Shown piece by piece: positions 28,277-37,889 of a stretch of 64,000 nucleotides of DNA. The stretch's first letter is position 1, and every line of letters starts with the position of its first letter. Under the pieces are notes generated by a model, which saw only the letters and a list, made by a program, of their open reading frames with translations, was not told where the DNA came from and made no database searches. The stretch lies in the IMG/VR virus record IMGVR_UViG_3300038620_000091; one strand, written 5' to 3'. The DNA is from a virus. Both the position numbers and the translations under genes were made by a program.

Positions 28277-28327
28277 GCCGGGGATATTTATCTTACGAGG
28301 ACGTGGGAAAAATCCCCGGCTCTTTTT
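28277..28327 (+). terminator. terminator-like hairpin
   Basis: gccggggat...atccccggc followed by tcttttt. Confidence 0.6.
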
Positions 28328-28360
28328 GTATCATTCACTCTACAAAACGTAAACCAAGTT

Positions 28361-28906
28361 ATGATTGACAGCAGATTTAATTTAGACTTTACAGACAGAA
28401 GTAAAACCAGAGAATCAGTTACTATCGACATTAATTATGAAGACCTTGACGATTCCGGGGGGGTTCGCCTCATTTCCATCAATCAAAGCACAGAAGAGTC
28501 GTCTAAAGAAAGCGAGGCGGGTTCTTCTACAATGTCTGGCCAGCAAAAACTTCTCCTTCCGGATGATACGATAGCAAATGACCTTGAAGAAGCAGGGCGG
28601 TGGATCGCTGAAAATACCGAGTATGATGGTGGGAGAAACATTTTTGACCAGATGTTTTCCGAGCCAGAAAATAAAGAGCGCATGAAAAAACGTGCTGGAA
28701 TCAAGGGCGAACAGAGAGAAACTTCTTCTGGTAAAAATTACACGGCATTTGCAGATACCGAGTCTTTGAAAGAACTTCTTACCGAGTATATGGACGAAGA
28801 AGAAGCGGAAAGCGTTATCGAAAACGGGATCAAACCAACGATTTCGCTTGCCGATGAAGAACCTGAAGAGGGGGGGATGAATATGAAACCACAAAGTAAA
28901 AACTAA
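28361..28906 (+). CDS. hypothetical protein
   Basis: Acidic ORF with an AT-rich start context. Confidence 0.6.
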   Translation: MIDSRFNLDFTDRSKTRESVTIDINYEDLDDSGGVRLISINQSTEESSKESEAGSSTMSGQQKLLLPDDTIANDLEEAGRWIAENTEYDGGRNIFDQMFSEPENKERMKKRAGIKGEQRETSSGKNYTAFADTESLKELLTEYMDEEEAESVIENGIKPTISLADEEPEEGGMNMKPQSKN

Positions 28907-28907
28907 A

Positions 28908-29144
28908 ATGATTGGATCAATTGCATTTTGCCAGCACGACCATTTAGGTTATATCGAGCGTCAAACCGACGATGGGATTTGGAAAGGGTTTCACCTTTCC
29001 GAAGAAAAGTACGGCCAACCGTGGCAGTCAAAACGCCCAAGAATTGTAGCGAGGCCCGAAAATGTCGAAGATTATATCAAGAACTTTACGGATTACAACC
29101 ACATTCACCTAAAAGATTTAACGGTAAATTCAAATGAGCAGTAA
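28908..29144 (+). CDS. hypothetical protein
   Basis: Tightly packed ORF. Confidence 0.55.
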   Translation: MIGSIAFCQHDHLGYIERQTDDGIWKGFHLSEEKYGQPWQSKRPRIVARPENVEDYIKNFTDYNHIHLKDLTVNSNEQ

Positions 29145-29796
29145 AAAGTCAAAATACGAAGAAGTTCATGATTCTCCAGAAAAGTACCCAAAGCGAAACA
29201 AAGACGGAAAAGTTCTTAACCCGTCAACGGAAAATTGGGTCCAGCCAAACTACGCGCAAGGTAGAGGCTTTTTAGAAGAGGCAGAGCGCCTAACTCAACA
29301 GAGGCTTTACGACCGCGACCACCCGGAGCCAGAAGAAACTCAAGATTCTGTTCCGGAAACAACTGGAAGTTTAGAAGACGTGGGTGAAAACTTCGAAAAT
29401 GCCGGAATTGAATCTGAAGAAGAGTTTGATATGGAACCGGAGTACATCGATGAAGACGACCCGCTAAACCAGCTTCTTGACGACGCCGATCAAGAAAGAG
29501 AAACTGGAAAGGCTTCTTTTGAAGACGAAAACCTTGTTTCCGAAGAAGAATTTATGAACCAGTTTCAAGAAGGCGGTGGAAGCGGCCAACAGGCTCAAGG
29601 ACCGGGCCAGAAGTCTTCAGCCGGGGATCACAAAGGAGTTTATACAACAAAAGGCGGCGGCACTTCTTCACAAGGCGCTAGAGTCGAAGACGTTTCAGAA
29701 GACTCTTCCGGAGAAGAAGACGACGGGCCAAAGTACCGATATGAAAGAACGGACACTGGAGGAATGAGAAAGGTCCGCATTGACAAAGACGAGTAA
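29134..29796 (+). CDS. acidic, probably disordered hypothetical protein
   Basis: Very D/E-rich; LNPSTENWV motif. Confidence 0.6.
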   Translation: MSSKKSKYEEVHDSPEKYPKRNKDGKVLNPSTENWVQPNYAQGRGFLEEAERLTQQRLYDRDHPEPEETQDSVPETTGSLEDVGENFENAGIESEEEFDMEPEYIDEDDPLNQLLDDADQERETGKASFEDENLVSEEEFMNQFQEGGGSGQQAQGPGQKSSAGDHKGVYTTKGGGTSSQGARVEDVSEDSSGEEDDGPKYRYERTDTGGMRKVRIDKDE

Positions 29797-29949
29797 TGAG
29801 AATCATATGTATGCCAAGCGAAGAAAACGATATCTATTCGTTTTTATACGAGCAAAGTTTTGGTTTCATTGACATTTCCAAACATACCTATTATCGGGAA
29901 AAAATAGTAAAGGCTTTCTTAGTAATAAAGTAAATCTACAAAAAAAGTT

Positions 29950-31500
29950 ATGAACTCAACTCTTTATCGTGGGGATTGTATCCAAGAACTTAAAAGTCTT
30001 GATAAAGACTCAATTGGGGCTTGCGTTACCGATCCCCCGTACTTTTTAACTGAAGAAAACACGATTGACACGTACGATCTTCTTCAAAGCGGAAGTAAAA
30101 AATCAAGCGGGGGATTCTTAGACCGATCTTGGGATGGTGGAGACGTTGAAGTTGTATACCAAAAAGAAAATCCATTTGCACATCTAAATTCGAAAGAAAA
30201 GTGGATCAAAGTTAACGGATACTTTGTCGAACCCGAAAACATTCGGCAACTTAAAGAGGGGAACCAAAGCGTCCCGGTATATAAAAAAGACCTTAACGTC
30301 TACTATGAATTTTGCAAACTTTGGGCCAAAGAGCTTTTTCGAGTTTTAAAGCCGGGAGCACATCTTTGTTCGTTTAGCGGGACCCGGACATACCATTCCA
30401 TGACTCAAGCTATCGAGGACGTAGGGTTCCGAATCCGTGATAGCATTCATTGGACGTACGGAAACGGGTTTCCAAAGTCAATGAACATTTCAAAAAGAAT
30501 TGACAACCACAAGGGCTTAGAGCAAGAATATCTTGCCGAATCTCCTTGGGGACCGTCCCAAGACGAAAAAACCACGTACGCTCAAAACGGAAGAACCACA
30601 CACCCCCCAATTACGAAGCCAAACTCCGAAGAAGCCCATAAGTACGAGGGATATGGAACGGCCATGAAACCCGCTCACGAACCGATTGTCGTTGCCATGA
30701 AGCCAATAGAAGGCACATATGTAGAAAATCTTCTAAAGCACGGCACGGGGGCAATCAACATCGACCGGGGCCGGGTTGACACAAAGAAAGAGTCGTTTTC
30801 AATTCCACAATCTGACCCCAACAAACGTTCGGGAGGACTTACCGGGGACCTTGGAATTTCAGACAAAGACGTTGAAGACTTTCAAAAGTCTCAAAAAGAG
30901 TCCATTGAACGGCTTAGAGATAAAGGACGTTTTCCCTCAAACGTCATACTTGATAAGTACATGGCAAAAAGAATAGACGAGCAAGCCGGGGAAAGACCAA
31001 GCACAGGGGATAACCCCTCAGATGCAAAATCAACTTCACTTTATCGCCCAAATCGAGAAGACGTAATGCCACAAGGACCATTATATTCAGATAAAGGTGG
31101 TCCGTCCCGGTACTTTAAACAAATCGAATGGGACATAGAAGAAGACGATACACTTTTTTACTGTTCGAAGCCTTCAAGAAGCGAGCGGTCTTTCGGAGAC
31201 GTAGACAACCCACACCCGACCTTAAAGCCTGTTCGTCTTATGTGGTATTTGATTAAGCTTTTTGTCCCGGAAGACGAGTCTGTGATTGACCCGTTCATGG
31301 GATCTGGAACCACAGGGTGTGCAGCGATGATTGACAAAAAAGATTTCGTTGGAATCGAGAGAGAAGAAGAAAGTTTTCAAACGGCAAAAGAAAGGATTGA
31401 AGTCTTTCGGACCCGAAGAAAAGAGGTTGTTGATAAGTTTGTAAACAAAGAAGACGTAAAACCGCAAAAAGACATGTCTGATGAACACGATTTTTGGTAG
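29950..31500 (+). CDS. DNA N4/N6 methyltransferase (beta class)
   Basis: TDPPY catalytic motif, HPTLKP, DPFMGSGTT SAM motif; no cognate restriction nuclease adjacent. Confidence 0.92.
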   Translation: MNSTLYRGDCIQELKSLDKDSIGACVTDPPYFLTEENTIDTYDLLQSGSKKSSGGFLDRSWDGGDVEVVYQKENPFAHLNSKEKWIKVNGYFVEPENIRQLKEGNQSVPVYKKDLNVYYEFCKLWAKELFRVLKPGAHLCSFSGTRTYHSMTQAIEDVGFRIRDSIHWTYGNGFPKSMNISKRIDNHKGLEQEYLAESPWGPSQDEKTTYAQNGRTTHPPITKPNSEEAHKYEGYGTAMKPAHEPIVVAMKPIEGTYVENLLKHGTGAINIDRGRVDTKKESFSIPQSDPNKRSGGLTGDLGISDKDVEDFQKSQKESIERLRDKGRFPSNVILDKYMAKRIDEQAGERPSTGDNPSDAKSTSLYRPNREDVMPQGPLYSDKGGPSRYFKQIEWDIEEDDTLFYCSKPSRSERSFGDVDNPHPTLKPVRLMWYLIKLFVPEDESVIDPFMGSGTTGCAAMIDKKDFVGIEREEESFQTAKERIEVFRTRRKEVVDKFVNKEDVKPQKDMSDEHDFW

Positions 31501-31568
31501 GCTTTGGAACAATTTTTGCTTTGTGCGATTTTATAATACACAAACGAATAAAAAGGTGACATAAGACA

Positions 31569-33737
31569 TTGTATCAAAATATCTACATAGAAGATAAGTG
31601 GTCTTCACATCCTACAGCGCACGTTTGGGACGATGAACACGGGTATTTTAAAGAGAAGTTCAACAATTACAAGTTTCTCTTAGACCCGAACGGGAAATAT
31701 ACGAGCATGTATGGGGACCCGGTTAAGAAGATGGACGACCTTTCGAAAAAGGATGTGGAAAGAGCAAAGAAGCGGTTTGGAACCGAGGAAGTCACGTTTG
31801 AAAGTGACATTCGCCCGGAGGTCCGCTATCTCACAGAGAGGTATTTAGACGAAGATGAACCAAGCGAGGGCCATACAATTTTGTATTTCGACATTGAGGT
31901 TTCAATGGAAGACGGGGTCCCGAACGTGAAGACCGCGCAAAATAAGATTACGTCCGTTGCATACTACGACGATTCCACCGAAAACAAGTGCGTTTTGATT
32001 TTAGATGAAAATGAAAACATTGGTTCAGACTTTAAGCTTAATGGAACAGAGGTCCGGTCTTTTGAAACAGAAGAGAAGCTTCTTGAAAGCTTTGTGTTTG
32101 CATGGAAGAGCATCGATCCCACCATTGTTGTTGGGTATAACTCCGATAAGTTTGACATACCGTACACATATCGCCGCTTGAAGCGGATTTTTGGAGAGAA
32201 GTTTGCAAAGTCCTTGTCCCCGATTGGAAAGGTAGACCACAACGAGCGCAAAGACAGGTTCTATATAGCAGGGGTTTCAAGTCTTGACTACTATTCTCTT
32301 TACAGAAACTTCACGTTCACGCAACTTGATAGTTACAGCTTAGATAACGTTTCAAACAAAGAGCTTGACGAAGGAAAAATTACATACAAAGGCAGGACAT
32401 ACATAGAGCAAGAAGACGGGTCTTACACGCATAAAGAAGATGCTGACCCGTCTAAAGAAAACGTCCGGGAAGTAAATGACCTTGACGACCTTTTTGAATG
32501 TGATATAGAGAGGTTTGTCGAGTATAACTTAGAAGACGTTATGCTTCTTGTGAAAATGGAAGAAAAAAATGATTACATCGAGCTTGCCCGGAAGCTTTGT
32601 CACTTAGGCCACGTGCCGTATGAAGACGTTTATATGTCTTCAAGATATATTGATGGAGCAATTTTAACTTATCTTCACCGGAAAGGAAAAATTGCCCCGG
32701 ATAAGAAAGATTTCAATCTTGATTTGAAAAAAGATCATTCGAAGGGATCGAAAGTTCTTGAATTTCAAGATAAAATCCCTAAACATATTCCAGAACGCGG
32801 AACTCTTGGCATTCAAAAAACGACCGCGACGAAAAAAACGTTTGATTACAAAGACAAGCGAGAAAACAAGATATTTCTTGAAGACCGTGTAGACTTTAAG
32901 GTTTTTGAAAACATGAACGTAAATCTAGAGTTTCCGGGTGCTTATGTAAAGTCCCCGGAGCCGGGAAGATACGAATGGGTATATGACCTTGACCTGACTT
33001 CGATGTACCCGTCAATTATTATGACAATAAACATCTCGCCGGAAACGAAAGTTGGGACTGTTTACGACTGGAACATCGAAGACGCAATTCGAGAGGATAA
33101 TCCCGATAAAATTTACGAGGTTCACCTGTTTTCCCGTTCGAAGACGGTGAAGATGAAAAAGAAAAATTTACTAGACAAGCTTCAAAGCAATAGTCTTGCC
33201 ATAGCGAGCAACGGGACGTTTTACCGGACAGATAAAACCGGGGTAATTCCCGATATACTAGAAAAGTGGTTTACGCTTCGTCAAGATTATAAATCCACAA
33301 GAAACAAGTGGAGAGAAAAAGCAACCGCATTGACAGACGAAGAAGACAATCTAAAAGACGAGTCAAAAAGAGAAGAATATGAAGAATACGAGTATAATGC
33401 CGAATATTACGACAAGCTTCAACATGCCCACAAGATTTTGATTAACTCTGTATACGGTGTTCTTGGGCTTTCAACGTTTCGCTACTACGACGTAGACAAC
33501 GCCCAAGCGGTGACAGACACCGGACGTACACTTATTAAGTTCACGTCTGAAATGGGCAACAAGTATTACAACAGGCTCTTAGGCACCGGAGACGCCGAAG
33601 GCTACCGGGTTTCTCTTGACAACGGAGAAACGGTGACAATACATCCAAGAGAAACCGTTAGGGTAAAAAGAGAAGGCGTCAAAACGAAAGTCTACGGATG
33701 CAACATTAAAGAAGGAGATGAAATTATCGAGGCGTAG
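31569..33737 (+). CDS. family B DNA polymerase, N-terminal part (exonuclease, motifs A and B)
   Basis: FDIE, GYNSDKFD, YNLED, DLDLTSMYPS, KILINSVYG; lacks YxDTDS; ends in an intein-like tail. Confidence 0.93.
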   Translation: MYQNIYIEDKWSSHPTAHVWDDEHGYFKEKFNNYKFLLDPNGKYTSMYGDPVKKMDDLSKKDVERAKKRFGTEEVTFESDIRPEVRYLTERYLDEDEPSEGHTILYFDIEVSMEDGVPNVKTAQNKITSVAYYDDSTENKCVLILDENENIGSDFKLNGTEVRSFETEEKLLESFVFAWKSIDPTIVVGYNSDKFDIPYTYRRLKRIFGEKFAKSLSPIGKVDHNERKDRFYIAGVSSLDYYSLYRNFTFTQLDSYSLDNVSNKELDEGKITYKGRTYIEQEDGSYTHKEDADPSKENVREVNDLDDLFECDIERFVEYNLEDVMLLVKMEEKNDYIELARKLCHLGHVPYEDVYMSSRYIDGAILTYLHRKGKIAPDKKDFNLDLKKDHSKGSKVLEFQDKIPKHIPERGTLGIQKTTATKKTFDYKDKRENKIFLEDRVDFKVFENMNVNLEFPGAYVKSPEPGRYEWVYDLDLTSMYPSIIMTINISPETKVGTVYDWNIEDAIREDNPDKIYEVHLFSRSKTVKMKKKNLLDKLQSNSLAIASNGTFYRTDKTGVIPDILEKWFTLRQDYKSTRNKWREKATALTDEEDNLKDESKREEYEEYEYNAEYYDKLQHAHKILINSVYGVLGLSTFRYYDVDNAQAVTDTGRTLIKFTSEMGNKYYNRLLGTGDAEGYRVSLDNGETVTIHPRETVRVKREGVKTKVYGCNIKEGDEIIEA

Positions 33738-33760
33738 CAAACTTGATGCCAAAAAACCCT

Positions 33761-33805
33761 CTTCAAAAAAGCTTCACGGAACGAATCTTGCTTAAGGTTA
33801 TTTAT
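33761..33805 (+). promoter_or_regulatory. repeat plus GGAAC-N16-TATTTAT promoter
   Basis: CTTCAA 33761 and CTTCAC 33772 (11 bp apart); GGAAC 33778; TATTTAT 33799. Confidence 0.55.
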
Positions 33806-33865
33806 ATAAGCGAGTTGACAAAGAAACAGATCATTACTTTTTAACTAAACTAACACATAACAGTT

Positions 33866-34060
33866 ATGGGTACGACACGAAGAAAGCGAATCAAAATCAT
33901 CGAAGGTCCACATTCTGGAAAGACGATGAAGGCAGACCGGGAAATCAATTTTCATTGGAAGGAATCAGAACTTCCACGGGGACAAAAAAGGCGATATGTT
34001 TATGTTGTAGAAGACCCCGATATTCAATTTATTTCCGGCTCGAAGGTTGAAGAGATTTAA
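33866..34060 (+). CDS. small KOW/SH3-like protein between the polymerase halves
   Basis: RIKIIEGPHSGKT resembles a KOW motif; has its own promoter-like site and terminator. Confidence 0.55.
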   Translation: MGTTRRKRIKIIEGPHSGKTMKADREINFHWKESELPRGQKRRYVYVVEDPDIQFISGSKVEEI

Positions 34061-34084
34061 CGAATAGCGTATTGTTTTTATGTG

Positions 34085-34114
34085 GAGGCCGGGGGAAACC
34101 CCGGCCTCTTTATT
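34085..34114 (+). terminator. intrinsic terminator
   Basis: gaggccgggg-gaaa-ccccggcctc followed by tttatt. Confidence 0.8.
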
Positions 34115-34137
34115 GACATTTCAAAAAAGCAAATAAT

Positions 34138-35052
34138 ATGCCAAAAGTTGAAAACGTCGAAAAGATAAGCTCTGGTGGAGAAAATGACACCGACTGGTGT
34201 ACCTATACAGACACAGATAGTGTGTTTTACCCGGCTGCACCCGTGGTTCAAAGGAGAACTCCAACAGCCGATCTTGACGACGAAGACTTCATGACCGAAA
34301 AAATTCTTGAAGTGGCTGAAGAAATGGAGGACTACATCAACGCAAGTTACGACCTTTTTTCAAAACACTTTTTAAACGCCGGAACCGAAGACCACTGGCT
34401 TGAAATCAAGCAGGAGCTTATTGCAAGACGTGGGTTTTGGATTCGAAAGAAACGGTACGCCCAATGGATTATATACGACGAGGGCGACCCGGTTCAAGAG
34501 CCGGATTGGAAGGGGCTTGATGTTGTTCGGTCTGACTTTCCGACCGCATTTAGCGACCACATGGAAGAGGTTTTAATTGACCTTCTTCACGACGAATCGA
34601 AAGAAGACATTGACCAAAAAATTCTTGACTTCAAAGACGAGATTCGGGAGTTGGACCTTTCGGAAATTTCAAATCCAACCGGAGTTTCAAAGATGGACAA
34701 GTATTCGACCGGAGAGTTTGGAGTGCGAAAGAAAGGCACGCCTATTCACGTGAAGGCTTCTTTAGCCTATAACGACTTAATTGACCATTTGGACATTGTT
34801 TCAGAGAAAATTAAGAGCGGCACAAAGATCCGTTGGGTTTACCTTTTGGACAACCCTTACGGGTTTACAGAAATCGCTTACAAGGGCAGCGACGACCCTC
34901 AAGAGATCATCGAGTACATCCACGACTACGTAGATTACGATAAGATGTACGAAAAGTCTTTGAAGTCTAAGCTTGAGGGAATTTACGACGCTATGGGGTG
35001 GGAGTTTCCGAAAAAGAAAAGCGAAGCGATGAACTCTTTTTTTGATCTTTAA
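34138..35052 (+). CDS. family B DNA polymerase, C-terminal part (motif C, thumb)
   Basis: YTDTDSVF, KKRYA, KGLDVVRSD, GTPIHVK. Confidence 0.93.
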   Translation: MPKVENVEKISSGGENDTDWCTYTDTDSVFYPAAPVVQRRTPTADLDDEDFMTEKILEVAEEMEDYINASYDLFSKHFLNAGTEDHWLEIKQELIARRGFWIRKKRYAQWIIYDEGDPVQEPDWKGLDVVRSDFPTAFSDHMEEVLIDLLHDESKEDIDQKILDFKDEIRELDLSEISNPTGVSKMDKYSTGEFGVRKKGTPIHVKASLAYNDLIDHLDIVSEKIKSGTKIRWVYLLDNPYGFTEIAYKGSDDPQEIIEYIHDYVDYDKMYEKSLKSKLEGIYDAMGWEFPKKKSEAMNSFFDL

Positions 35053-35155
35053 CAAATCTTCACATAACTCTTAGCTGTTTGCTTCTATCTATTTATAGAA
35101 CGTGAGAAAGAAATCACGGCAGTTATTAATATAAACTACAAGTTACCAAAAAGCT

Positions 35156-35986
35156 ATGGAAACACAAACTATCGAAGAAGAAAACCAAGTCCAAACCGAC
35201 GAAGAAAACACCGCATTTCCGTTTTCGAAGGATCGGTTTCTTGACTTCATTGAACGGTATCACCTTGGGGGAGAAATCGAAAGGGTTCGCCTCAACGTGT
35301 TTGACGACGTGACCGAAGGGGAAGCGGTAAGAACGCTTCAAACTGTTTTCGTTAGTGACGATCACACCGTTCACGGGAACGTTCGACTCCGGGATTTTCA
35401 ATTTGAAGAGTGTGAAGTGGGTATTCTTCAAACCAGCAGGCTCAAAAAGCTTGTGAAGGTTCTTGAAGACGACATTGACATTTCTCTTCAAAGCATGGGC
35501 GGTAGGACAAATGGAATTGTTTTTGAAGATGAATTCAAACAGGTCCGGTTTAGTCTAGCAGAGAAAAAGCTTATTGACGAAGTTCCGGAAGAGCCAAAGC
35601 GTATCCCGGAGTTTAACATCGGTTTTGATCTAACCGAAGAATTTATGGACAGCTTCAAGTCCGGTATTCGCGCTTTGAGTTCAAACCTTTTCCGCGTTGA
35701 CACGACACCGACCGGAGAGTTAAAAATTGTTCTTGGTTGGTCAAACCGAGGATCTTCAAACAACGTTACGTTTTATCCGGAAACGGACATGCTCGACTTT
35801 AACCCAAACGACGGGTCCCCGCTTGTCTTCCGGGGCGACCTATACAACGAAATTCTAAACGCCAATTCCGGTTGCGAGCTTCGGCGTTGTGAAATTTCCG
35901 ACGAGGGTCTTTTGCGTCTTGAATTTGAAGATGAAAACTTCGTGAACACTTACCACGTGGCCGCAGAGAACTTTTCTGGCCGATAG
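35156..35986 (+). CDS. sliding clamp (T4 gp45-like)
   Basis: Size, position between the polymerase and clamp loader, and EILNAN...ISDEGLL.LEF...Y pattern. Confidence 0.75.
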   Translation: METQTIEEENQVQTDEENTAFPFSKDRFLDFIERYHLGGEIERVRLNVFDDVTEGEAVRTLQTVFVSDDHTVHGNVRLRDFQFEECEVGILQTSRLKKLVKVLEDDIDISLQSMGGRTNGIVFEDEFKQVRFSLAEKKLIDEVPEEPKRIPEFNIGFDLTEEFMDSFKSGIRALSSNLFRVDTTPTGELKIVLGWSNRGSSNNVTFYPETDMLDFNPNDGSPLVFRGDLYNEILNANSGCELRRCEISDEGLLRLEFEDENFVNTYHVAAENFSGR

Positions 35987-36049
35987 AGGTTGGGGTTTTC
36001 TTGACAACGTCTTTTGTCTTTTATTCATCTTCAAAACAAAAACGCAAAA

Positions 36050-37018
36050 ATGAACGACTTTTTTGGAAATTCAAAGGACCAAACCCGAAACGAATCCCCG
36101 TCCGTTAGCCTGTGGGTTGAGAAGTACAGGCCGAAAACATTAGATAACTACATTGGAAACGACCACATTGTAAAAAATGTGAGGTCGTATTTCAAGCAGG
36201 GAGAAATTCCTCACCTAATGTTTTCCGGAAAACAAGGAACCGGAAAAACCGCGTTGGCGGGTGTCATTACCGAACAGCTTTCCGACCGGGCAGAAAGCAT
36301 CTACATCAATGCAAGCGACGAAAACTCTGTCGAAAAAGTTCGGACAGACATTAAACAGTTTGCTTCGTCTGTGGGGATGAAGGATATGAAAATCGTTGTG
36401 CTAGACGAGTTTGACTACATGAGTCAAAATGCACAGGCGGCTCTTCGAAATCTTATGGAGACGTTTGTGGACACGACGCGGTTTATCCTCACATGCAACT
36501 ATCCGGAGAAAGTTTTGGACCCGATCAAATCCAGAGTTCAAACGTTCTCTGTAAAGCCTCCGTCAAGAAAAAAGGTTGCTCGCCACCTGTTCAATATCTT
36601 AAAAGAAGAGGGCGTCGAGTTTGACAAGTCAATCCGAACGATCATTGACGAATACTACCCGGATATTCGAAAAATCATCAACGAGGCGCAAAGCATGACT
36701 GTTGACGGGGTGCTTTCCGTCGAAGAGGACAACCTAAAAGGAACAGACTTCAACAAAAGAATTGTTGAAATCTTAAACTCCGGGAAAGGCCAAAAGAAGA
36801 AGTTTCAATCTATTCGCCAGCACGTAGCAAACAATGAAGTTCAAGACTTTACAGACACGTACACTTATCTTTACGATAATGTAGACGAGTTTGCAAGTGG
36901 GGCGATTTCAAAAACAATTCTTCATATTGCCGATGCTCAATACAAGGCAGGAATGGTTGTTGACAAAGAGATCAACTTTATGAGTTGCATCATTCAAATC
37001 ATTGCAGAAATCAGTTAA
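36050..37018 (+). CDS. clamp loader ATPase subunit (RFC/gp44)
   Basis: LWVEKYRP, GKQGTGKT, INASDE, LDEFD, AQAALRN, FILTCNY. Confidence 0.95.
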   Translation: MNDFFGNSKDQTRNESPSVSLWVEKYRPKTLDNYIGNDHIVKNVRSYFKQGEIPHLMFSGKQGTGKTALAGVITEQLSDRAESIYINASDENSVEKVRTDIKQFASSVGMKDMKIVVLDEFDYMSQNAQAALRNLMETFVDTTRFILTCNYPEKVLDPIKSRVQTFSVKPPSRKKVARHLFNILKEEGVEFDKSIRTIIDEYYPDIRKIINEAQSMTVDGVLSVEEDNLKGTDFNKRIVEILNSGKGQKKKFQSIRQHVANNEVQDFTDTYTYLYDNVDEFASGAISKTILHIADAQYKAGMVVDKEINFMSCIIQIIAEIS

Positions 37019-37025
37019 AAACGTC

Positions 37026-37217
37026 ATGAATACCAACACGTACGAAGTGCAAACGATTCACCCAAACAATCCGAATGGAACGTATGATAAGATCGTGGAA
37101 GCTTCAAGTTTTGAAGTGAAAGAGACTTTTGTTCACTTCCTTGAAGATTCGAATCGCAAACTATCCATTCCCGTAAACCGGATTGTGTCTATTGAAAGGG
37201 TAGAAGACTTTAATTAG
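37026..37217 (+). CDS. small hypothetical protein
   Basis: MNTNTYEV... small beta-rich ORF. Confidence 0.5.
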   Translation: MNTNTYEVQTIHPNNPNGTYDKIVEASSFEVKETFVHFLEDSNRKLSIPVNRIVSIERVEDFN

Positions 37218-37270
37218 AGCAATTGTTGACTTTCATTGTATTCACCAACAAAAACCAACATTAAATTTAT

Positions 37271-37585
37271 ATGCAAGGACCAAGTTTAAGAGGACAAGGA
37301 GGGCAGCGCCCAAACCAAATGAACGTAGATATTACAAATCTTCAAGATGTTACCTGCGAGGAGTGTGGAAATAACACGTTCGAGCAAGTTTATATCGTCA
37401 AGAAAATTTCAAAGATTGTTTCGCCAAATGGCGAGGAAGGGCTTGCCCCGGTTGAAGTATTCGAGTGCTCTGAGTGCGGCACGATTCCAGACGAGTTGAA
37501 TCCTCTAAAGGATCTTGAAGAAGAAGACCGAAACCAAAACGGATCTTCACCACAAATCCCGGATAATATCCAACAAGACCTTTAA
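37271..37585 (+). CDS. zinc-ribbon protein
   Basis: CEECG...F.CSECG. Confidence 0.7.
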   Translation: MQGPSLRGQGGQRPNQMNVDITNLQDVTCEECGNNTFEQVYIVKKISKIVSPNGEEGLAPVEVFECSECGTIPDELNPLKDLEEEDRNQNGSSPQIPDNIQQDL

Positions 37586-37601
37586 TCATAAAATAAAATT
37601 T

Positions 37602-37799
37602 ATGCCAAAATACGACTTTATTTGCAAAAAGTGTGGAAAAAAAGAAACCGTTCGGCAAAGCATCAAAGAAGATGTTGAAGCGCCCGTGTGTGAAAAAGAT
37701 GGGTGTGAAATGAAGCGAGACTGGTCGAGCGGAATGCAAGGTCTAATCTTTCGAGGCGAAGGTGGCAACACCGGATTTTACTCGAAGGACTACGATTGA
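37602..37799 (+). CDS. FmdB-like zinc-ribbon regulator
   Basis: MPKYDFICKKCG...C...C...FRG.G.GFY.KDY. Confidence 0.8.
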   Translation: MPKYDFICKKCGKKETVRQSIKEDVEAPVCEKDGCEMKRDWSSGMQGLIFRGEGGNTGFYSKDYD

Positions 37800-37889
37800 A
37801 GATTCTATGAATGTTGGGGGAGTGAGCATAACAGCACGCTCCCCCGACGTATGTATACATGAACCCAAGCAAAAAATACGCCAAAACAC

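Noticed and set aside
29950-31500. Restriction-modification system
   Set aside because: No adjacent restriction endonuclease; an orphan protective methyltransferase is ordinary in large phages.
33735-34140. Group I/II intron or ribosomal bypass joining the polymerase halves
   Set aside because: No intron core is recognisable; the gap holds a promoter motif, an ORF and a terminator, and the C-half has its own start. Not formally excluded without RT-PCR.
33591-34200. Functional trans-splicing split intein
   Set aside because: No N-terminal nucleophile block, no TxxH, and no terminal Asn followed by Cys/Ser/Thr.
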